Below are positions 28,548 through 44,693 of a DNA stretch of 64,000 nucleotides, piece by piece. Source of the stretch: Escherichia coli (GTDB lineage Bacteria; Pseudomonadota; Gammaproteobacteria; Enterobacterales; Enterobacteriaceae); NCBI RefSeq assembly GCF_011045215.1, contig NZ_CP049201.1. One strand, 5' to 3'. The notes under the pieces are model-generated. The model ran no database searches. It had not been told where the DNA came from and worked only from the letters and a program-made list of their open reading frames with translations. Position 1 is the stretch's first letter. Each line of letters starts with the position of its first letter. The position numbers and the translations under genes are program-made.

Positions 28548-28916
28548 ATGTGGTTACTTGACCAGTGGGCAGAGCGTCATATAGCAGAAGCGCAAGCGAA
28601 AGGTGAGTTTGATAACCTGGCAGGTAGCGGCGAACCATTGATACTTGATGATGATTCTCATGTGCCACCGGAATTACGTGCGGGGTATCGCTTGCTGAAG
28701 AATGCCGGTTGCTTACCGCCAGAACTTGAGCAACGGAGGGAAGCAATTCAGCTTCTGGATATCCTCAGAGGTATCCGTCACGATGACCCGCAATATCAAG
28801 AGGTTAGCCGTCGATTGTCATTACTGGAATTGAAGCTGCGACAAGCTGGATTGAGTACCGATTTTTTACGCGGCGATTATGCTGACAAGTTGTTGGACAA
28901 AATCAACGATAACTAG
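28548..28916 (+). CDS. yhdN: DUF1992-family protein YhdN
   Basis: 122-aa ORF at the conserved position after rplQ. Confidence 0.85.
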   Translation: MWLLDQWAERHIAEAQAKGEFDNLAGSGEPLILDDDSHVPPELRAGYRLLKNAGCLPPELEQRREAIQLLDILRGIRHDDPQYQEVSRRLSLLELKLRQAGLSTDFLRGDYADKLLDKINDN

Positions 28917-28926
28917 TGGAGTATGT

Positions 28927-29352
28927 ATGTATCGCATTGGTGAGCTGGCAAAAATGGCGGAAGTAACACCCGACACGATTCGTTATTACGAAAAGCAGCA
29001 GATGATGGAGCATGAAGTGCGTACCGAAGGTGGGTTTCGCCTGTATACCGAAAGCGATCTCCAGCGATTGAAATTTATCCGCCATGCCAGACAACTAGGT
29101 TTCAGTCTGGAGTCGATCCGCGAGTTGCTGTCGATCCGTATCGATCCTGAACACCATACCTGTCAGGAGTCAAAAGGCATTGTGCAGGAAAGATTGCAGG
29201 AAGTCGAAGCACGGATAGCCGAGTTGCAGAGTATGCAGCGTTCCTTGCAACGCCTTAACGATGCCTGTTGTGGGACCGCCCATAGCAGTGTTTATTGCTC
29301 GATTCTTGAAGCTCTTGAACAAGGGGCGAGTGGCGTTAAGAGTGGCTGTTGA
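28927..29352 (+). CDS. zntR: MerR-family Zn(II)-responsive transcriptional regulator ZntR
   Basis: MYRIGELAKMAEVTPDTIRYYEKQQMM HTH with C-terminal Cys/His metal ligands; track ORF starts upstream at 28879. Confidence 0.93.
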   Translation: MYRIGELAKMAEVTPDTIRYYEKQQMMEHEVRTEGGFRLYTESDLQRLKFIRHARQLGFSLESIRELLSIRIDPEHHTCQESKGIVQERLQEVEARIAELQSMQRSLQRLNDACCGTAHSSVYCSILEALEQGASGVKSGC

Positions 29353-29407
29353 TTTTTTGCACTGGCAGGATTACACTCGCGCCGTTAAATAACCAACTGG
29401 AGTTTTT

Positions 29408-29626
29408 ATGAGCCGATATCAGCATACTAAAGGGCAGATAAAGGATAATGCGATAGAAGCATTACTACATGATCCCTTATTCCGACAGCGCGTAGAGAAA
29501 AATAAGAAGGGGAAAGGCAGTTACATGCGAAAAGGAAAACATGGCAATCGGGGGAACTGGGAGGCCAGTGGCAAGAAAGTAAATCACTTTTTTACCACTG
29601 GTCTTCTGCTTTCAGGGGCTTGTTAA
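29408..29626 (+). CDS. arfA: alternative ribosome-rescue factor ArfA
   Basis: 72-aa [47 protein letters not shown]. Confidence 0.9.
29563..29603 (+). promoter_or_regulatory. stem-loop inside the arfA 3' coding region
   Basis: ggccagtgg ... ccactgg inverted repeat enclosing a T-run; at the location of the reported RNase III cleavage/termination hairpin that yields non-stop arfA mRNA. Confidence 0.6.
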
Positions 29627-30033
29627 GAGCGGTTATTCTGCTCTTTCAGCAAATCACGAATTTCTGTCAGTAATACTTCTTCTTTAGTTGGTGCTGGTGC
29701 GGCTGCTGGTTCTTCTTTTTTCCGATTCAGTTTGTTGATTAGCTTAATCGCCATAAAGATGGCAAAGGCCACAATCAGAAAATCAAAGACGTTTTGAATG
29801 AAGACACCGTAATGCATCACAACAGCAGGGATATCCCCCTGCGCGTCGCGTAGCGTGACAGCAAACTGTTTAAAGTCGATCCCGCCAATTAATAAGCCCA
29901 GAGGTGGCATGATGATATCGGCAACCAGTGAAGATACAATCTTCCCGAATGCCGCACCGATAATGACACCCACCGCTAAATCCACCACGTTCCCGCGCAT
30001 CGCAAATTCGCGAAATTCTTTAATAATGCTCAT
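29623..30033 (-). CDS. mscL: large-conductance mechanosensitive channel MscL
   Basis: 136-aa [49 protein letters not shown]. Confidence 0.97.
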
Positions 30034-30162
30034 GTTATTCTCCCTATGAAGCCGACAACCATAAGTCTAACAAATGTTAAGCCATTTTCCTGCCAGGAAT
30101 GAATTTAATTAATCCTTGATAATCAAAGGGAAATAATAAGGCGTCATTAGACGCCTTATTAA

Positions 30163-31539
30163 TTACAAGAAGAAAGGGCTTGGCTGGAAGAGTCTTTCGA
30201 CGTCGGTAATAAATTTTTTATCTGTGAGGAACATAATTACGTGATCGCCTTGCTCAATGCGCAGATTGTCATTGGCAATCATCACGTCGTTTCCACGTAC
30301 CACCGCTCCAATAATCGTTCCTGGCGGTAGCTTGATTTCGTCAATGACTCTGCCGACAACGCGTGAGGTGCTTTCATCACCGTGAGCAACGGCTTCAATA
30401 GCTTCTGCTACGCCGCGGCGCAATGAGGAAACACCAACAATATCTGCTTTTCGCACATGGCTAAGCAACGCAGAAATAGTTGCTTGTTGTGGTGAAATCG
30501 CAATATCGATCACGCTCCCCTGAACCAGATCCACATAAGCGCGACGCTGGATCAATACCATCACCTTTTTCGCACCCATACGTTTGGCAAGCATGGCGGA
30601 CATGATATTGGCCTCGTCATCGTTGGTGACGGCAATAAACAGATCAACTTGATCGATATGTTCTTCGGCCAGCAGTTCTTGATCCGACGCATCACCAAAA
30701 AAGACGATCGTATTCTGCAACTTTTCCGCCAGTTCGGCAGCGCGCTGCTGATTACGTTCGATGAGTTTAACGCTGTAATCTTTTTCCAGACGACGCGCCA
30801 GCCCTGCACCGATATTACCGCCACCAACCAGCATGATCCGCTTATACGGTTTTTCCAGTCGCTGTAATTCACTCATCACCGCGCGGATATGCTGTGAAGC
30901 GGCAATAAAGAACACTTCATCACCAGCCTCAACAATGGTCGAACCTTGCGGACGAATGGGGCGATCGTGGCGGAAAATTGCTGCCACACGAGTATCGATA
31001 TGTGGCATATGTTCGCGCATGGTCGAAAGTGCATTACCAATCAGCGGGCCGCCATAATAGGCTTTAACCACAGCGAGGCTGACTTTACCCTCAGCGAAGT
31101 TCACCACCTGCAATGCGCCGGGATACTCAATCAGTCGGTAAATATTATCGATAACCAACTGCTCTGGTGCGATCAGATGATCAATCGGTACAGCATCTGA
31201 ATGAAATAGCTTATCGGCATCGCGCACGTAGTCTGGTGAGCGGATACGAGCGATGCGATTAGGGGTGTTGAAAAGTGAGTAGGCTACCTGGCAGGCAACC
31301 ATATTGGTTTCATCTGAACTGGTTACAGCAACCAGCATATCGGCGTCGTCGGCACCTGCCTCCCGCAATACGCGTGGATGAGAGCCATGCCCCTGCACGA
31401 CTCGCAGGTCAAATTTATCCTGCAAGGTCCGCAGACGCTCACCGTTGGTATCGACAACAGTGATATCGTTGTTCTCGCCAACCAGGTTTTCCGCCAGTGT
31501 GCCGCCAACCTGGCCGGCACCCAGAATGATAATTTTCAT
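30163..31539 (-). CDS. trkA: Trk potassium uptake system NAD-binding protein TrkA
   Basis: 458-aa ORF with two Rossmann motifs ([20 protein letters not shown]). Confidence 0.97.
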   Translation of the reverse strand: MKIIILGAGQVGGTLAENLVGENNDITVVDTNGERLRTLQDKFDLRVVQGHGSHPRVLREAGADDADMLVAVTSSDETNMVACQVAYSLFNTPNRIARIRSPDYVRDADKLFHSDAVPIDHLIAPEQLVIDNIYRLIEYPGALQVVNFAEGKVSLAVVKAYYGGPLIGNALSTMREHMPHIDTRVAAIFRHDRPIRPQGSTIVEAGDEVFFIAASQHIRAVMSELQRLEKPYKRIMLVGGGNIGAGLARRLEKDYSVKLIERNQQRAAELAEKLQNTIVFFGDASDQELLAEEHIDQVDLFIAVTNDDEANIMSAMLAKRMGAKKVMVLIQRRAYVDLVQGSVIDIAISPQQATISALLSHVRKADIVGVSSLRRGVAEAIEAVAHGDESTSRVVGRVIDEIKLPPGTIIGAVVRGNDVMIANDNLRIEQGDHVIMFLTDKKFITDVERLFQPSPFFL

Positions 31540-31560
31540 CAGTCGCGACCCGTTATCTCA

Positions 31561-32850
31561 TCACTTTTTGATTAGCTTAGCGTAAAAGAAGCCGTCGCCC
31601 TCTTCGGCACCAGGCAGATTTTGTTTACCCGGTTGCTCTGGTGTTCCTGTTTCGCAAAGTTCGGCATCAGCGGTACGTTGCAAAAAGGCTTTAATCTGCA
31701 GGCTATTCTCTTCCGGTAACACCGAACAGGTGGCATAGACCAGGGTTCCACCGGATTTTAAATGCGGCCAAATGGCGTCGAGAATTTCAGACTGCAATTG
31801 CGCGAGTTCTGGGATATCGCGATCGCGACGTAACCATTTAATATCCGGATGGCGACGAATCACACCGGTTGCTGAACAAGGCGCATCTAATAAAATGCGA
31901 TCAAACTGTTGCTCGCCACACCATTGGGAAGGGTAACGGCCATCACCTTGTTTCACGGTTGCCTTCATACCAAGGCGTTTTAAATTGTCGTAAACGCGAG
32001 AGAGGCGCTGTTCGTCAATATCAACCGCAACAACCTGCGCTTCTGGTGCCACCTCAAGGATATGCGTTGTTTTACCGCCGGGGGCGGCACAAAGATCCAG
32101 AATGTGTTCACCGTTTTGTGGCGCAAGCCAGGTCATGCAACCTTGTGCTGATGCATCCTGAACGGTAACCCATCCGTCTTCAAAACCAGGTAGCGCATGA
32201 ACAGGTGCAGGTGTTTCCAGCCGTACAGCATCAGGGTAATCCGCATGCGGGAAACCTTTCATTCCTGCTTCATCCAGCAATGCAAGCCAGCTGTCGCGGG
32301 AATGATGCGTACGATTAATACGCAGCCACATTGACGGACGCTGGTTATTGGCTTCGACGATGGATTGCCACTGCTCTGGATACGCTTTTTGCAGACGCTT
32401 CAGCAACCAGGAAGGATGCAGATAACGTGCATCACTGGTATTAAACTCGGCTAATAACTCTTCTTGCTGACGCTGGAACTGGCGTAATACACCGTTAATC
32501 AACCCTTTAAGTTGCGGACGCTTAATTGCGATAGCGCCTTCAACCGTTTCAGCCAGCGCAGCATGAGGTGGAATGCGGGTATAAAGCAGTTGATACAAAC
32601 CAACCATAATCAGGTAATGCACAGTGCGCTGTTTGCCGGTCATCGGACGGGCCATTAACTTATTAATCAGCCAGTCTAACTGCGAAAGCGTACGCAGTAC
32701 GCCAAAGCACAACTCTTGAAGAAGTGCTTTGTCTTTATCGGAAACTTTTTGCTGGAGCGGTGGCAGAATGTTGCTTAATGATTGCCCTTGCTCGACGACT
32801 TGTTCAACGGCCTGGGCCGCCATGCTACGTAAATTACGTTGTTTTTTCAT
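31561..32850 (-). CDS. rsmB: 16S rRNA m5C967 methyltransferase RsmB
   Basis: [27 protein letters not shown]; track ORF starts 7 codons upstream; NusB-like N-domain plus SAM-MTase domain. Confidence 0.93.
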   Translation of the reverse strand: MKKQRNLRSMAAQAVEQVVEQGQSLSNILPPLQQKVSDKDKALLQELCFGVLRTLSQLDWLINKLMARPMTGKQRTVHYLIMVGLYQLLYTRIPPHAALAETVEGAIAIKRPQLKGLINGVLRQFQRQQEELLAEFNTSDARYLHPSWLLKRLQKAYPEQWQSIVEANNQRPSMWLRINRTHHSRDSWLALLDEAGMKGFPHADYPDAVRLETPAPVHALPGFEDGWVTVQDASAQGCMTWLAPQNGEHILDLCAAPGGKTTHILEVAPEAQVVAVDIDEQRLSRVYDNLKRLGMKATVKQGDGRYPSQWCGEQQFDRILLDAPCSATGVIRRHPDIKWLRRDRDIPELAQLQSEILDAIWPHLKSGGTLVYATCSVLPEENSLQIKAFLQRTADAELCETGTPEQPGKQNLPGAEEGDGFFYAKLIKK

Positions 32851-32895
32851 AAGTATAAAAATGCCCGGCAAGACCGGGCTTAGAAGATTGGACTA

Positions 32896-33843
32896 TCAGG
32901 CCAGACGGTTGCCCGGAACAAACCATTCCCGACGAGAATTCAGGAGGTCTTGCGCGCTCATCGCTTTCTTACCCGCAGGTTGTAACGAGAGCAGATTCAG
33001 GATGCCATCACCAGTCGCAACCTGAATGCCTTGTTTGTTGGCTTCAAGGATCGTTCCTGGTGCAGCGTTGGTTGCCGTATCAATGACCGACGCTTTCCAG
33101 ACTTTAATCGGCTGTCCTTCAATTTCCAGCCAGCTCATTGGCCATGGATTGAAAGCACGAATGCAGCGTTCAAGCTGTGCTGCCGAAAGTGACCAGTCAA
33201 TACGCGCTTCTTCTTTACTCAACTTCTCGGCGTAAGTGACAAGAGTTTCGTCCTGAACTTCTGGTTTCGCCGTGCCGTCTGCCAATTGTTTCAACGTGGT
33301 GATAAGCCCTTGTGGGCCAAGCTCTGCCAGCTTGTCGTACAGCGTACCACTGGTATCTTCTGCAGTAATCGGGCAGGAGAGCTTATAGAGCATGTCACCG
33401 GTGTCTAAACCAACATCCATTTGCATAATGGTCACACCAGTTTCTGCATCACCCGCCCATAGTGAGCGTTGGATTGGTGCAGCACCGCGCCAGCGTGGCA
33501 GCAGTGAACCATGAACGTTGATACAGCCAAGACGCGGCATCTCCAGCACTGCTTTAGGCAGAATTAAGCCATAGGCGACGACAACCATAACATCAGCCTG
33601 TAGATCGGCGACCAGTTGCTGGTTTTCTTGTGGACGCAGGGAAACCGGTTGAAAAACGGGCAGACCTTTTTCCTCAGCCAGAACTTTAACCGGGCTGGGC
33701 ATCAGTTTTTTACCGCGTCCTGCCGGTCGGTCTGGCTGGGTGAACACGCCAACGACGTTATGACCAGAAGACAACAGCGCGTCGAGATGACGCGCTGCAA
33801 AGTCAGGTGTACCCGCAAAAATAATACGTAGTGATTCTGACAC
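32896..33843 (-). CDS. fmt: methionyl-tRNA formyltransferase
   Basis: 315-aa ORF. Confidence 0.97.
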   Translation of the reverse strand: MSESLRIIFAGTPDFAARHLDALLSSGHNVVGVFTQPDRPAGRGKKLMPSPVKVLAEEKGLPVFQPVSLRPQENQQLVADLQADVMVVVAYGLILPKAVLEMPRLGCINVHGSLLPRWRGAAPIQRSLWAGDAETGVTIMQMDVGLDTGDMLYKLSCPITAEDTSGTLYDKLAELGPQGLITTLKQLADGTAKPEVQDETLVTYAEKLSKEEARIDWSLSAAQLERCIRAFNPWPMSWLEIEGQPIKVWKASVIDTATNAAPGTILEANKQGIQVATGDGILNLLSLQPAGKKAMSAQDLLNSRREWFVPGNRLA

Positions 33844-33857
33844 GTTAGTTCTTATCC

Positions 33858-34367
33858 TTAAGCCCGGGCTTTCAGACGATCCAGTTTTTCAACTTTCTGA
33901 CGAATACGTTGTTGTTTCAGCGGTGACAGATAATCCATAAACAGTTTGCCGACCAGGTGATCCATCTCATGCTGAATACAGATGGCTAACAGACCGTCTG
34001 CTTCCAATTCAAATGGTTTACCGTCACGGTCCAGGGCGCGAATTTTAACTTTCTCTGCGCGTGGCACTAAAGCACGTTGTTCAGGGATCGACAGGCAACC
34101 TTCTTCAATGCCTGTTTCGCCGCTTTTTTCTAAAAGCTCCGGATTGATTAACACCAGCCGTTCGTCACGGTTTTCCGAAACATCAATAACAATGATACGT
34201 TGATGGATATCAACCTGGGTTGCCGCCAGGCCAATACCTTCTTCTGCGTACATCGTCTCGAACATATCATCGACGATACGCTGAATTTCTGCATTCACTT
34301 CTTCTACCGGTTTAGCAACTTTGCGAAGCCGCTCGTCCGGAATATGTAACACTTGCAAAACTGACAT
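33858..34367 (-). CDS. def: peptide deformylase
   Basis: 169-aa ORF with [14 protein letters not shown] and QHEMDHL motifs. Confidence 0.98.
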
Positions 34368-34496
34368 AAATCTCCAGAGATGTGTTCAGGAGTTAGAAAG
34401 ATTATTTCTTCTATTCTAGACAAATCCCCCTCTGATTGACAGCATCACTGACCAATCGCAAAGATTGCTAAGGCTGCTTATGGCAGGGAGATAAGG

Positions 34497-35621
34497 ATGG
34501 TCGATACAGAAATTTGGCTGCGTTTAATGAGTATCAGCAGCTTGTACGGCGATGATATGGTCCGTATAGCTCACTGGCTGGCAAGACAGTCGCATATTGA
34601 TGCGGTTGTATTGCAGCAAACAGGGCTTACATTGCGGCAGGCACAACGCTTTCTTTCATTTCCGCGGAAGAGTATCGAAAGCTCACTTTGTTGGTTGGAG
34701 CAACCCAACCATCATTTAATCCCTGCGGACAGCGAATTTTATCCTCCTCAACTTCTGGCGACGACAGATTACCCCGGCGCACTGTTTGTTGAAGGAGAAC
34801 TGCACGCGCTGCATTCATTTCAGCTTGCCGTAGTGGGGAGTCGGGCGCATTCATTGTATGGCGAGCGATGGGGACGATTATTTTGCGAAACTCTGGCGAA
34901 GCATGGAGTGACAATTACGAGTGGACTGGCGCGTGGAATCGATGGTGTAGCGCATAAAGCAGCCTTACAGGTAAATGGCGTCAGCATTGCTGTATTGGGG
35001 AATGGACTTAATACCATTCATCCCCGCCGCCATGCCCGACTGGCTACCAGTTTGCTTGAACATGGTGGGGCACTTGTCTCGGAATTTCCCCTCGATGTTC
35101 CACCCCTTGCTTACAATTTCCCACGAAGAAATCGCATTATCAGTGGTCTAAGTAAAGGTGTACTGGTGGTGGAAGCGGCTTTGCGCAGTGGTTCGTTGGT
35201 GACAGCACGTTGTGCGCTTGAGCAGGGGCGTGAAGTTTTTGCCTTGCCAGGACCAATAGGGAATCCGGGAAGCGAAGGGCCTCACTGGTTAATAAAACAA
35301 GGTGCGATTCTTGTGACGGAACCGGAAGAAATTCTGGAAAACTTGCAATTTGGATTGCACTGGTTGCCAGACGCCCCTGAAAATTCATTTTATTCACCAG
35401 ATCAGGAAGACGTGGCATTGCCATTTCCTGAGCTCCTGGCTAACGTAGGAGATGAGGTAACACCTGTTGACGTCGTCGCTGAACGTGCCGGCCAACCTGT
35501 GCCAGAGGTAGTTACTCAACTACTCGAACTGGAGTTAGCAGGATGGATCGCAGCTGTACCCGGCGGCTATGTCCGATTGAGGAGGGCATGCCATGTTCGA
35601 CGTACTAATGTATTTGTTTGA
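34497..35621 (+). CDS. dprA: DNA-processing protein DprA (Smf)
   Basis: 374-aa ORF, divergent from def-fmt. Confidence 0.9.
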
Positions 35622-36066
35622 AACCTATATTCACACAGAAGCTGAGTTGCGTGTGGATCAAGACAAACTTGAACAGGATCTTACCGACGCAGGATTTGAT
35701 CGAGAAGATATCTACAATGCCCTGCTTTGGCTGGAAAAGCTTGCGGATTATCAGGAAGGACTGGCAGAACCGATGCAACTGGCCTCTGATCCACTCTCCA
35801 TGCGTATTTATACCCCTGAGGAGTGTGAAAGACTGGATGCCAGCTGTCGTGGTTTTCTGCTTTTCCTTGAGCAAATTCAGGTGCTTAACCTTGAAACCCG
35901 TGAAATGGTGATAGAGCGAGTGCTCGCGCTGGATACCGCAGAGTTCGACCTGGAAGACCTGAAATGGGTAATCCTGATGGTGTTGTTCAATATTCCGGGC
36001 TGCGAAAATGCGTACCAGCAAATGGAAGAATTACTCTTTGAAGTGAATGAAGGTATGCTGCATTAA
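35593..36066 (+). CDS. smg: protein Smg
   Basis: 157-aa ORF; overlaps the dprA 3' end by 29 nt. Confidence 0.9.
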
Positions 36067-36094
36067 TCATTTCTTTAATTCAGCATAAGTTGTT

Positions 36095-36637
36095 ATGGCG
36101 AAATCAGCACTGTTCACGGTGCGTAATAATGAATCCTGCCCAAAATGCGGGGCTGAACTGGTTATTCGATCCGGGAAACACGGTCCGTTTCTTGGCTGCT
36201 CACAGTATCCGGCGTGTGACTACGTCCGTCCTCTGAAATCTTCAGCGGATGGACATATTGTCAAAGTTCTGGAGGGGCAGGTTTGCCCTGCATGTGGCGC
36301 AAATCTGGTATTACGCCAGGGACGCTTTGGTATGTTTATTGGTTGCAGTAACTACCCTGAATGCGAACATACCGAACTTATCGATAAACCGGACGAAACA
36401 GCAATTACATGTCCCCAATGCCGGACGGGCCATCTGGTCCAGCGCCGCTCCCGTTATGGCAAAACATTTCACTCCTGTGATCGCTACCCGGAGTGTCAAT
36501 TTGCCATTAACTTCAAACCCATAGCTGGAGAATGCCCTGAGTGTCATTATCCGCTACTCATCGAAAAGAAAACCGCGCAGGGTGTAAAACACTTTTGTGC
36601 CAGTAAACAATGTGGAAAGCCGGTTTCGGCGGAATAA
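36095..36637 (+). CDS. yrdD: topoisomerase-type C4 zinc-ribbon DNA-binding protein YrdD
   Basis: 180-aa ORF with four repeated CPxC...C zinc-ribbon modules. Confidence 0.88.
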   Translation: MAKSALFTVRNNESCPKCGAELVIRSGKHGPFLGCSQYPACDYVRPLKSSADGHIVKVLEGQVCPACGANLVLRQGRFGMFIGCSNYPECEHTELIDKPDETAITCPQCRTGHLVQRRSRYGKTFHSCDRYPECQFAINFKPIAGECPECHYPLLIEKKTAQGVKHFCASKQCGKPVSAE

Positions 36638-36641
36638 TAAC

Positions 36642-37214
36642 GTGAATAATAACCTGCAAGGAGACGCTATCGCAGCTGCGATAGATGTCCTCAATGAAGA
36701 ACGTGTCATCGCCTATCCAACGGAAGCCGTTTTCGGCGTCGGGTGCGATCCTGATAGCGAAACAGCAGTGATGCGACTGTTGGAGTTAAAACAGCGTCCG
36801 GTTGATAAGGGGCTGATTTTAATCGCGGCAAATTACGAGCAGCTTAAACCCTATATTGATGACACCATGCTGACTGATGCGCAGCGTGAAACCATTTTTT
36901 CCCGCTGGCCAGGTCCTGTCACCTTTGTCTTTCCCGCGCCTGCGACAACACCGCGCTGGTTGACGGGCCGCTTTGATTCGCTTGCTGTACGAGTCACCGA
37001 CCATCCGTTGGTGGTTGCTTTGTGCCAAGCTTATGGTAAACCGCTGGTTTCTACCAGTGCCAACTTGAGTGGATTGCCACCTTGTCGAACAGTAGACGAA
37101 GTTCGCGCACAATTTGGCGCGGCGTTCCCGGTTGTGCCTGGTGAAACGGGGGGGCGTTTAAATCCTTCAGAAATCCGCGATGCCCTGACGGGTGAACTGT
37201 TTCGACAGGGGTAA
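36642..37214 (+). CDS. tsaC: threonylcarbamoyl-AMP synthase TsaC (YrdC), GTG start
   Basis: [37 protein letters not shown] from GTG at 36642; the longer track ORF overlaps yrdD. Confidence 0.88.
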
Positions 37215-37218
37215 CATA

Positions 37219-38037
37219 ATGGAAACCTATGCTGTTTTTGGTAATCCGATAGCCCACAGCAAATCGCCATTCATTCATCAGCAATTTGCTCAGCAACTGA
37301 ATATTGAACATCCCTATGGGCGCGTGTTGGCACCCATCAATGATTTCATCAACACACTGAACGCTTTCTTTCGTGCTGGTGGTAAAGGTGCGAATGTGAC
37401 GGTGCCTTTTAAAGAAGAGGCTTTTGCCAGAGCGGATGAGCTTACTGAACGGGCAGCGTTGGCTGGTGCTGTTAATACCCTCATGCGGTTAGAAGATGGA
37501 CGCCTGCTGGGTGACAATACCGATGGTGTAGGCTTGTTAAGCGATCTGGAACGTCTGTCTTTTATCCGCCCTGGTTTACGTATTCTGCTTATCGGCGCTG
37601 GTGGAGCATCTCGCGGCGTACTACTGCCACTCCTTTCCCTGGACTGTGCGGTGACAATCACTAATCGGACGGTATCCCGCGCGGAAGAGTTGGCTAAATT
37701 GTTTGCGCACACTGGCAGTATTCAGGCGTTGGGTATGGACGAACTGGAAGGTCATGAGTTTGATCTCATTATTAATGCAACATCCAGTGGCATCAGTGGT
37801 GATATTCCGGCGATCCCGTCATCGCTCATTCATCCAGGCATTTATTGCTATGACATGTTCTATCAGAAAGGAAAAACTCCTTTTCTGGCATGGTGTGAGC
37901 AGCGAGGCTCAAAGCGTAATGCTGATGGTTTAGGAATGCTGGTGGCACAGGCGGCTCATGCCTTCCTTCTTTGGCATGGCGTTCTGCCTGATGTAGAACC
38001 GGTCATCAAACTATTGCAACAGGAGTTGTCAGCGTGA
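37219..38037 (+). CDS. aroE: shikimate dehydrogenase AroE
   Basis: [38 protein letters not shown]; track ORF starts 9 codons upstream. Confidence 0.95.
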   Translation: METYAVFGNPIAHSKSPFIHQQFAQQLNIEHPYGRVLAPINDFINTLNAFFRAGGKGANVTVPFKEEAFARADELTERAALAGAVNTLMRLEDGRLLGDNTDGVGLLSDLERLSFIRPGLRILLIGAGGASRGVLLPLLSLDCAVTITNRTVSRAEELAKLFAHTGSIQALGMDELEGHEFDLIINATSSGISGDIPAIPSSLIHPGIYCYDMFYQKGKTPFLAWCEQRGSKRNADGLGMLVAQAAHAFLLWHGVLPDVEPVIKLLQQELSA

Positions 38038-38291
38038 ATCAGGCCATCCAGTTTCCGGACAGGGAAGAGTGGGACGAGAATAAAAAATGTGTATGTTTTC
38101 CCGCTCTCGTGAATGGCATGCAACTGACATGTGCGATCTCTGGCGATAGCCTGGCGTATCGCTTTACTGGAGATACGCCAGAGCAGTGGTTAGCGAGTTT
38201 TCGTCAGCATCGCTGGGACCTGGAAGAAGAAGCGGAAAACTTAATTCAGGAACAAAGTGAAGATGATCAAGGTTGGGTCTGGTTACCCTGA
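38034..38291 (+). CDS. yrdB: protein YrdB
   Basis: 85-aa ORF, ATGA-type overlap with the aroE stop. Confidence 0.85.
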   Translation: MNQAIQFPDREEWDENKKCVCFPALVNGMQLTCAISGDSLAYRFTGDTPEQWLASFRQHRWDLEEEAENLIQEQSEDDQGWVWLP

Positions 38292-38821
38292 TCCAGGTAT
38301 TCGTCTTTCCATTTCACGTAATTATTCGCGGAGTAACGTAACCCAGCCTTCTCTTCATCACTTAACGGGCGGATCTGTTTGACGGGACTACCGAGATACA
38401 GATATCCGCTCTCCAGCCGTTTATTTTGTGGGACCAGACTACCCGCACCAATCATCACATCATCTTCTACTATTGCGCCATCAAGTAAAATTGAGCCCAT
38501 CCCAACCAAAACTCGATTGCCAATGGTGCAGCCGTGGAGCATCACCTTGTGACCAACAGTGACATCTTCGCCAATGGTTAATGGGTTGCCATCTGGGTTG
38601 TACGAGGATTTATGAGTGACATGCAACATACTGCCATCCTGGATATTGGTGCGTGCTCCGATCTGTACATAATGTACATCTCCACGAATCACAACGAGCG
38701 GCCAGATCCCCACATCATCAGCCAGACGAACGTCACCAATCACGACACTGCTATCGTCGATCATTACGCGCTGACCGATTTGTGGAAAAAGATCGCGGTA
38801 TGGGCGTAAAACATCAGACAT
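38267..38821 (-). CDS. yrdA: gamma-carbonic-anhydrase-like hexapeptide-repeat protein YrdA
   Basis: MSDVLRPYRDLFPQIGQRVMIDDSSVVIGDVRLADDVGIW start at 38821; the 293-aa track ORF is an upstream extension across the rrnD promoter region. Confidence 0.88.
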   Translation of the reverse strand: MSDVLRPYRDLFPQIGQRVMIDDSSVVIGDVRLADDVGIWPLVVIRGDVHYVQIGARTNIQDGSMLHVTHKSSYNPDGNPLTIGEDVTVGHKVMLHGCTIGNRVLVGMGSILLDGAIVEDDVMIGAGSLVPQNKRLESGYLYLGSPVKQIRPLSDEEKAGLRYSANNYVKWKDEYLDQGNQTQP

Positions 38822-38973
38822 ACTTACCTCAGCAATAAATGATTTACTAATGACTTTGGGGGCATTATTGGCCTTGTGCAAGTCTTTTAGTATGCAAAAA
38901 AGCACCGTTTTGTGTGCGATTGCAGCAAAAAGGGTGAAAAAACAACAAACAGAAAAAAAGATCAAAAAAATAC

Positions 38974-39001
38974 TTGTGCAAAAAATTGGGATCCCTATAA
39001 T
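38974..39001 (+). promoter_or_regulatory. rrnD promoter P1
   Basis: ttgtgc-N16-tataat with GC-rich discriminator gcgcctcc and an A-rich UP element upstream (38953-38973). Confidence 0.8.
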
Positions 39002-39081
39002 GCGCCTCCGTTGAGACGACAACGTGAAACACTTCACAGGATGGTCGGAACAACGAAGAGAAAAAACCCTGAAATTCAGGG

Positions 39082-39110
39082 TTGACTCTGAAAGAGGAAA
39101 GCGTAATATA
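39082..39110 (+). promoter_or_regulatory. rrnD promoter P2
   Basis: ttgact-N17-taatat about 105 bp downstream of P1. Confidence 0.75.
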
Positions 39111-39149
39111 CGCCACCTCGCGACAGTGAGCTGAAAGCCGCGTCGCAAC

Positions 39150-39169
39150 TGCTCTTTAACAATTTATCA
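39150..39169 (+). promoter_or_regulatory. rrn leader boxA antitermination element
   Basis: tgctctttaacaatttatca matches the boxA consensus. Confidence 0.8.
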
Positions 39170-39293
39170 GACAATCTGTGTGGGCACTCGAAGATACGGA
39201 TTCTTAACGTCGCAAGACGAAAAATGAATACCAAGTCTCAAGAGTGAACACGTAATTCATTACGAAGTTTAATTCTTTGAGCATCAAACTTTT

Positions 39294-40835
<1,542 letters not shown>

Positions 40836-40903
40836 CCTTAAAGAAGCGTTCTTTGTAGTGCTCACACAGATTGTCTGATGAAAATGAGCAGTAAAACCTC
40901 TAC

Positions 40904-40980
<77 letters not shown>

Positions 40981-41022
40981 AATTTGCACGGCAAATTTGA
41001 AGAGGTTTTAACTACATGTTAT

Positions 41023-41098
41023 GGGGCTATAGCTCAGCTGGGAGAGCGCCTGCTTTGCACGCAGGAGGTCTGCGGTTCGATCCCGCATAGCTCCACCA
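41023..41098 (+). tRNA. alaU: tRNA-Ala (anticodon UGC)
   Basis: ggggctatagctcagctgggagagcgcctgctttgcacgcagg...ctccacca. Confidence 0.97.
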
Positions 41099-41161
41099 TC
41101 TCTGTAGTGATTAAATAAAAAATACTTCAGAGTGTACCTGCAAAGGTTCACTGCGAAGTTT

Positions 41162-41176
41162 TGCTCTTTAAAAATC
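41162..41176 (+). promoter_or_regulatory. spacer boxA element
   Basis: tgctctttaaaaatc upstream of 23S. Confidence 0.7.
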
Positions 41177-41272
41177 TGGATCAAGCTGAAAATTGAAACA
41201 CTGAACAACGAAAGTTGTTCGTGAGTCTCTCAAATTTTCGCAACTCTGAAGTGAAACATCTTCGGGTTGTGA

Positions 41273-44175
<2,903 letters not shown>

Positions 44176-44268
44176 ACAACGCCGAAGCTGTTTTGGCGGA
44201 TTGAGAGAAGATTTTCAGCCTGATACAGATTAAATCAGAACGCAGAAGCGGTCTGATAAAACAGAATT

Positions 44269-44388
44269 TGCCTGGCGGCCGTAGCGCGGTGGTCCCACCT
44301 GACCCCATGCCGAACTCAGAAGTGAAACGCCGTAGCGCCGATGGTAGTGTGGGGTCTCCCCATGCGAGAGTAGGGAACTGCCAGGCAT
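44269..44388 (+). rRNA. rrfD: 5S ribosomal RNA, copy 1
   Basis: tgcctggcggccgtagcgcggtggtcccacctgacccc...ctgccaggcat, 120 nt. Confidence 0.97.
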
Positions 44389-44400
44389 CAAATTTAGCGT

Positions 44401-44476
44401 GCTGATATGGCTCAGTTGGTAGAGCGCACCCTTGGTAAGGGTGAGGTCCCCAGTTCGACTCTGGGTATCAGCACCA
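44401..44476 (+). tRNA. thrV: tRNA-Thr (anticodon GGU)
   Basis: gctgatatggctcagttggtagagcgcacccttggtaagggtgagg...atcagcacca. Confidence 0.97.
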
Positions 44477-44513
44477 CTTTTTAGGTTAAAGTTCGGCAGA
44501 TTAGAAAAGAATT

Positions 44514-44633
44514 TGTCTGGCGGCAGTAGCGCGGTGGTCCCACCTGACCCCATGCCGAACTCAGAAGTGAAACGCCGTAGCGCCGATGGTAGTGTGGGGC
44601 CTCCCCATGCGAGAGTAGGGAACTGCCAGACAT
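44514..44633 (+). rRNA. rrfF: 5S ribosomal RNA, copy 2
   Basis: tgtctggcggcagtagcgcgg...ctgccagacat, 120 nt; distal 5S after thrV identifies the rrnD-type architecture. Confidence 0.96.
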
Positions 44634-44645
44634 CAAATCAAGCGA

Positions 44646-44675
44646 AAGGCCATCCGAAAGGATGGCCTTTTTGCT
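44646..44675 (+). terminator. rrnD terminator
   Basis: aaaggccatcc-gaaa-ggatggccttttt. Confidence 0.85.
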
Positions 44676-44693
44676 TTTCGAACTAACATTCAA

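Noticed and set aside
44269-44633. Tandem duplicated 5S rRNA flanking tRNA-Thr as a possible assembly duplication
   Set aside because: This 5S-tRNA(Thr)-5S arrangement is the recognised distal architecture of the rrnD operon, and the two copies are not identical
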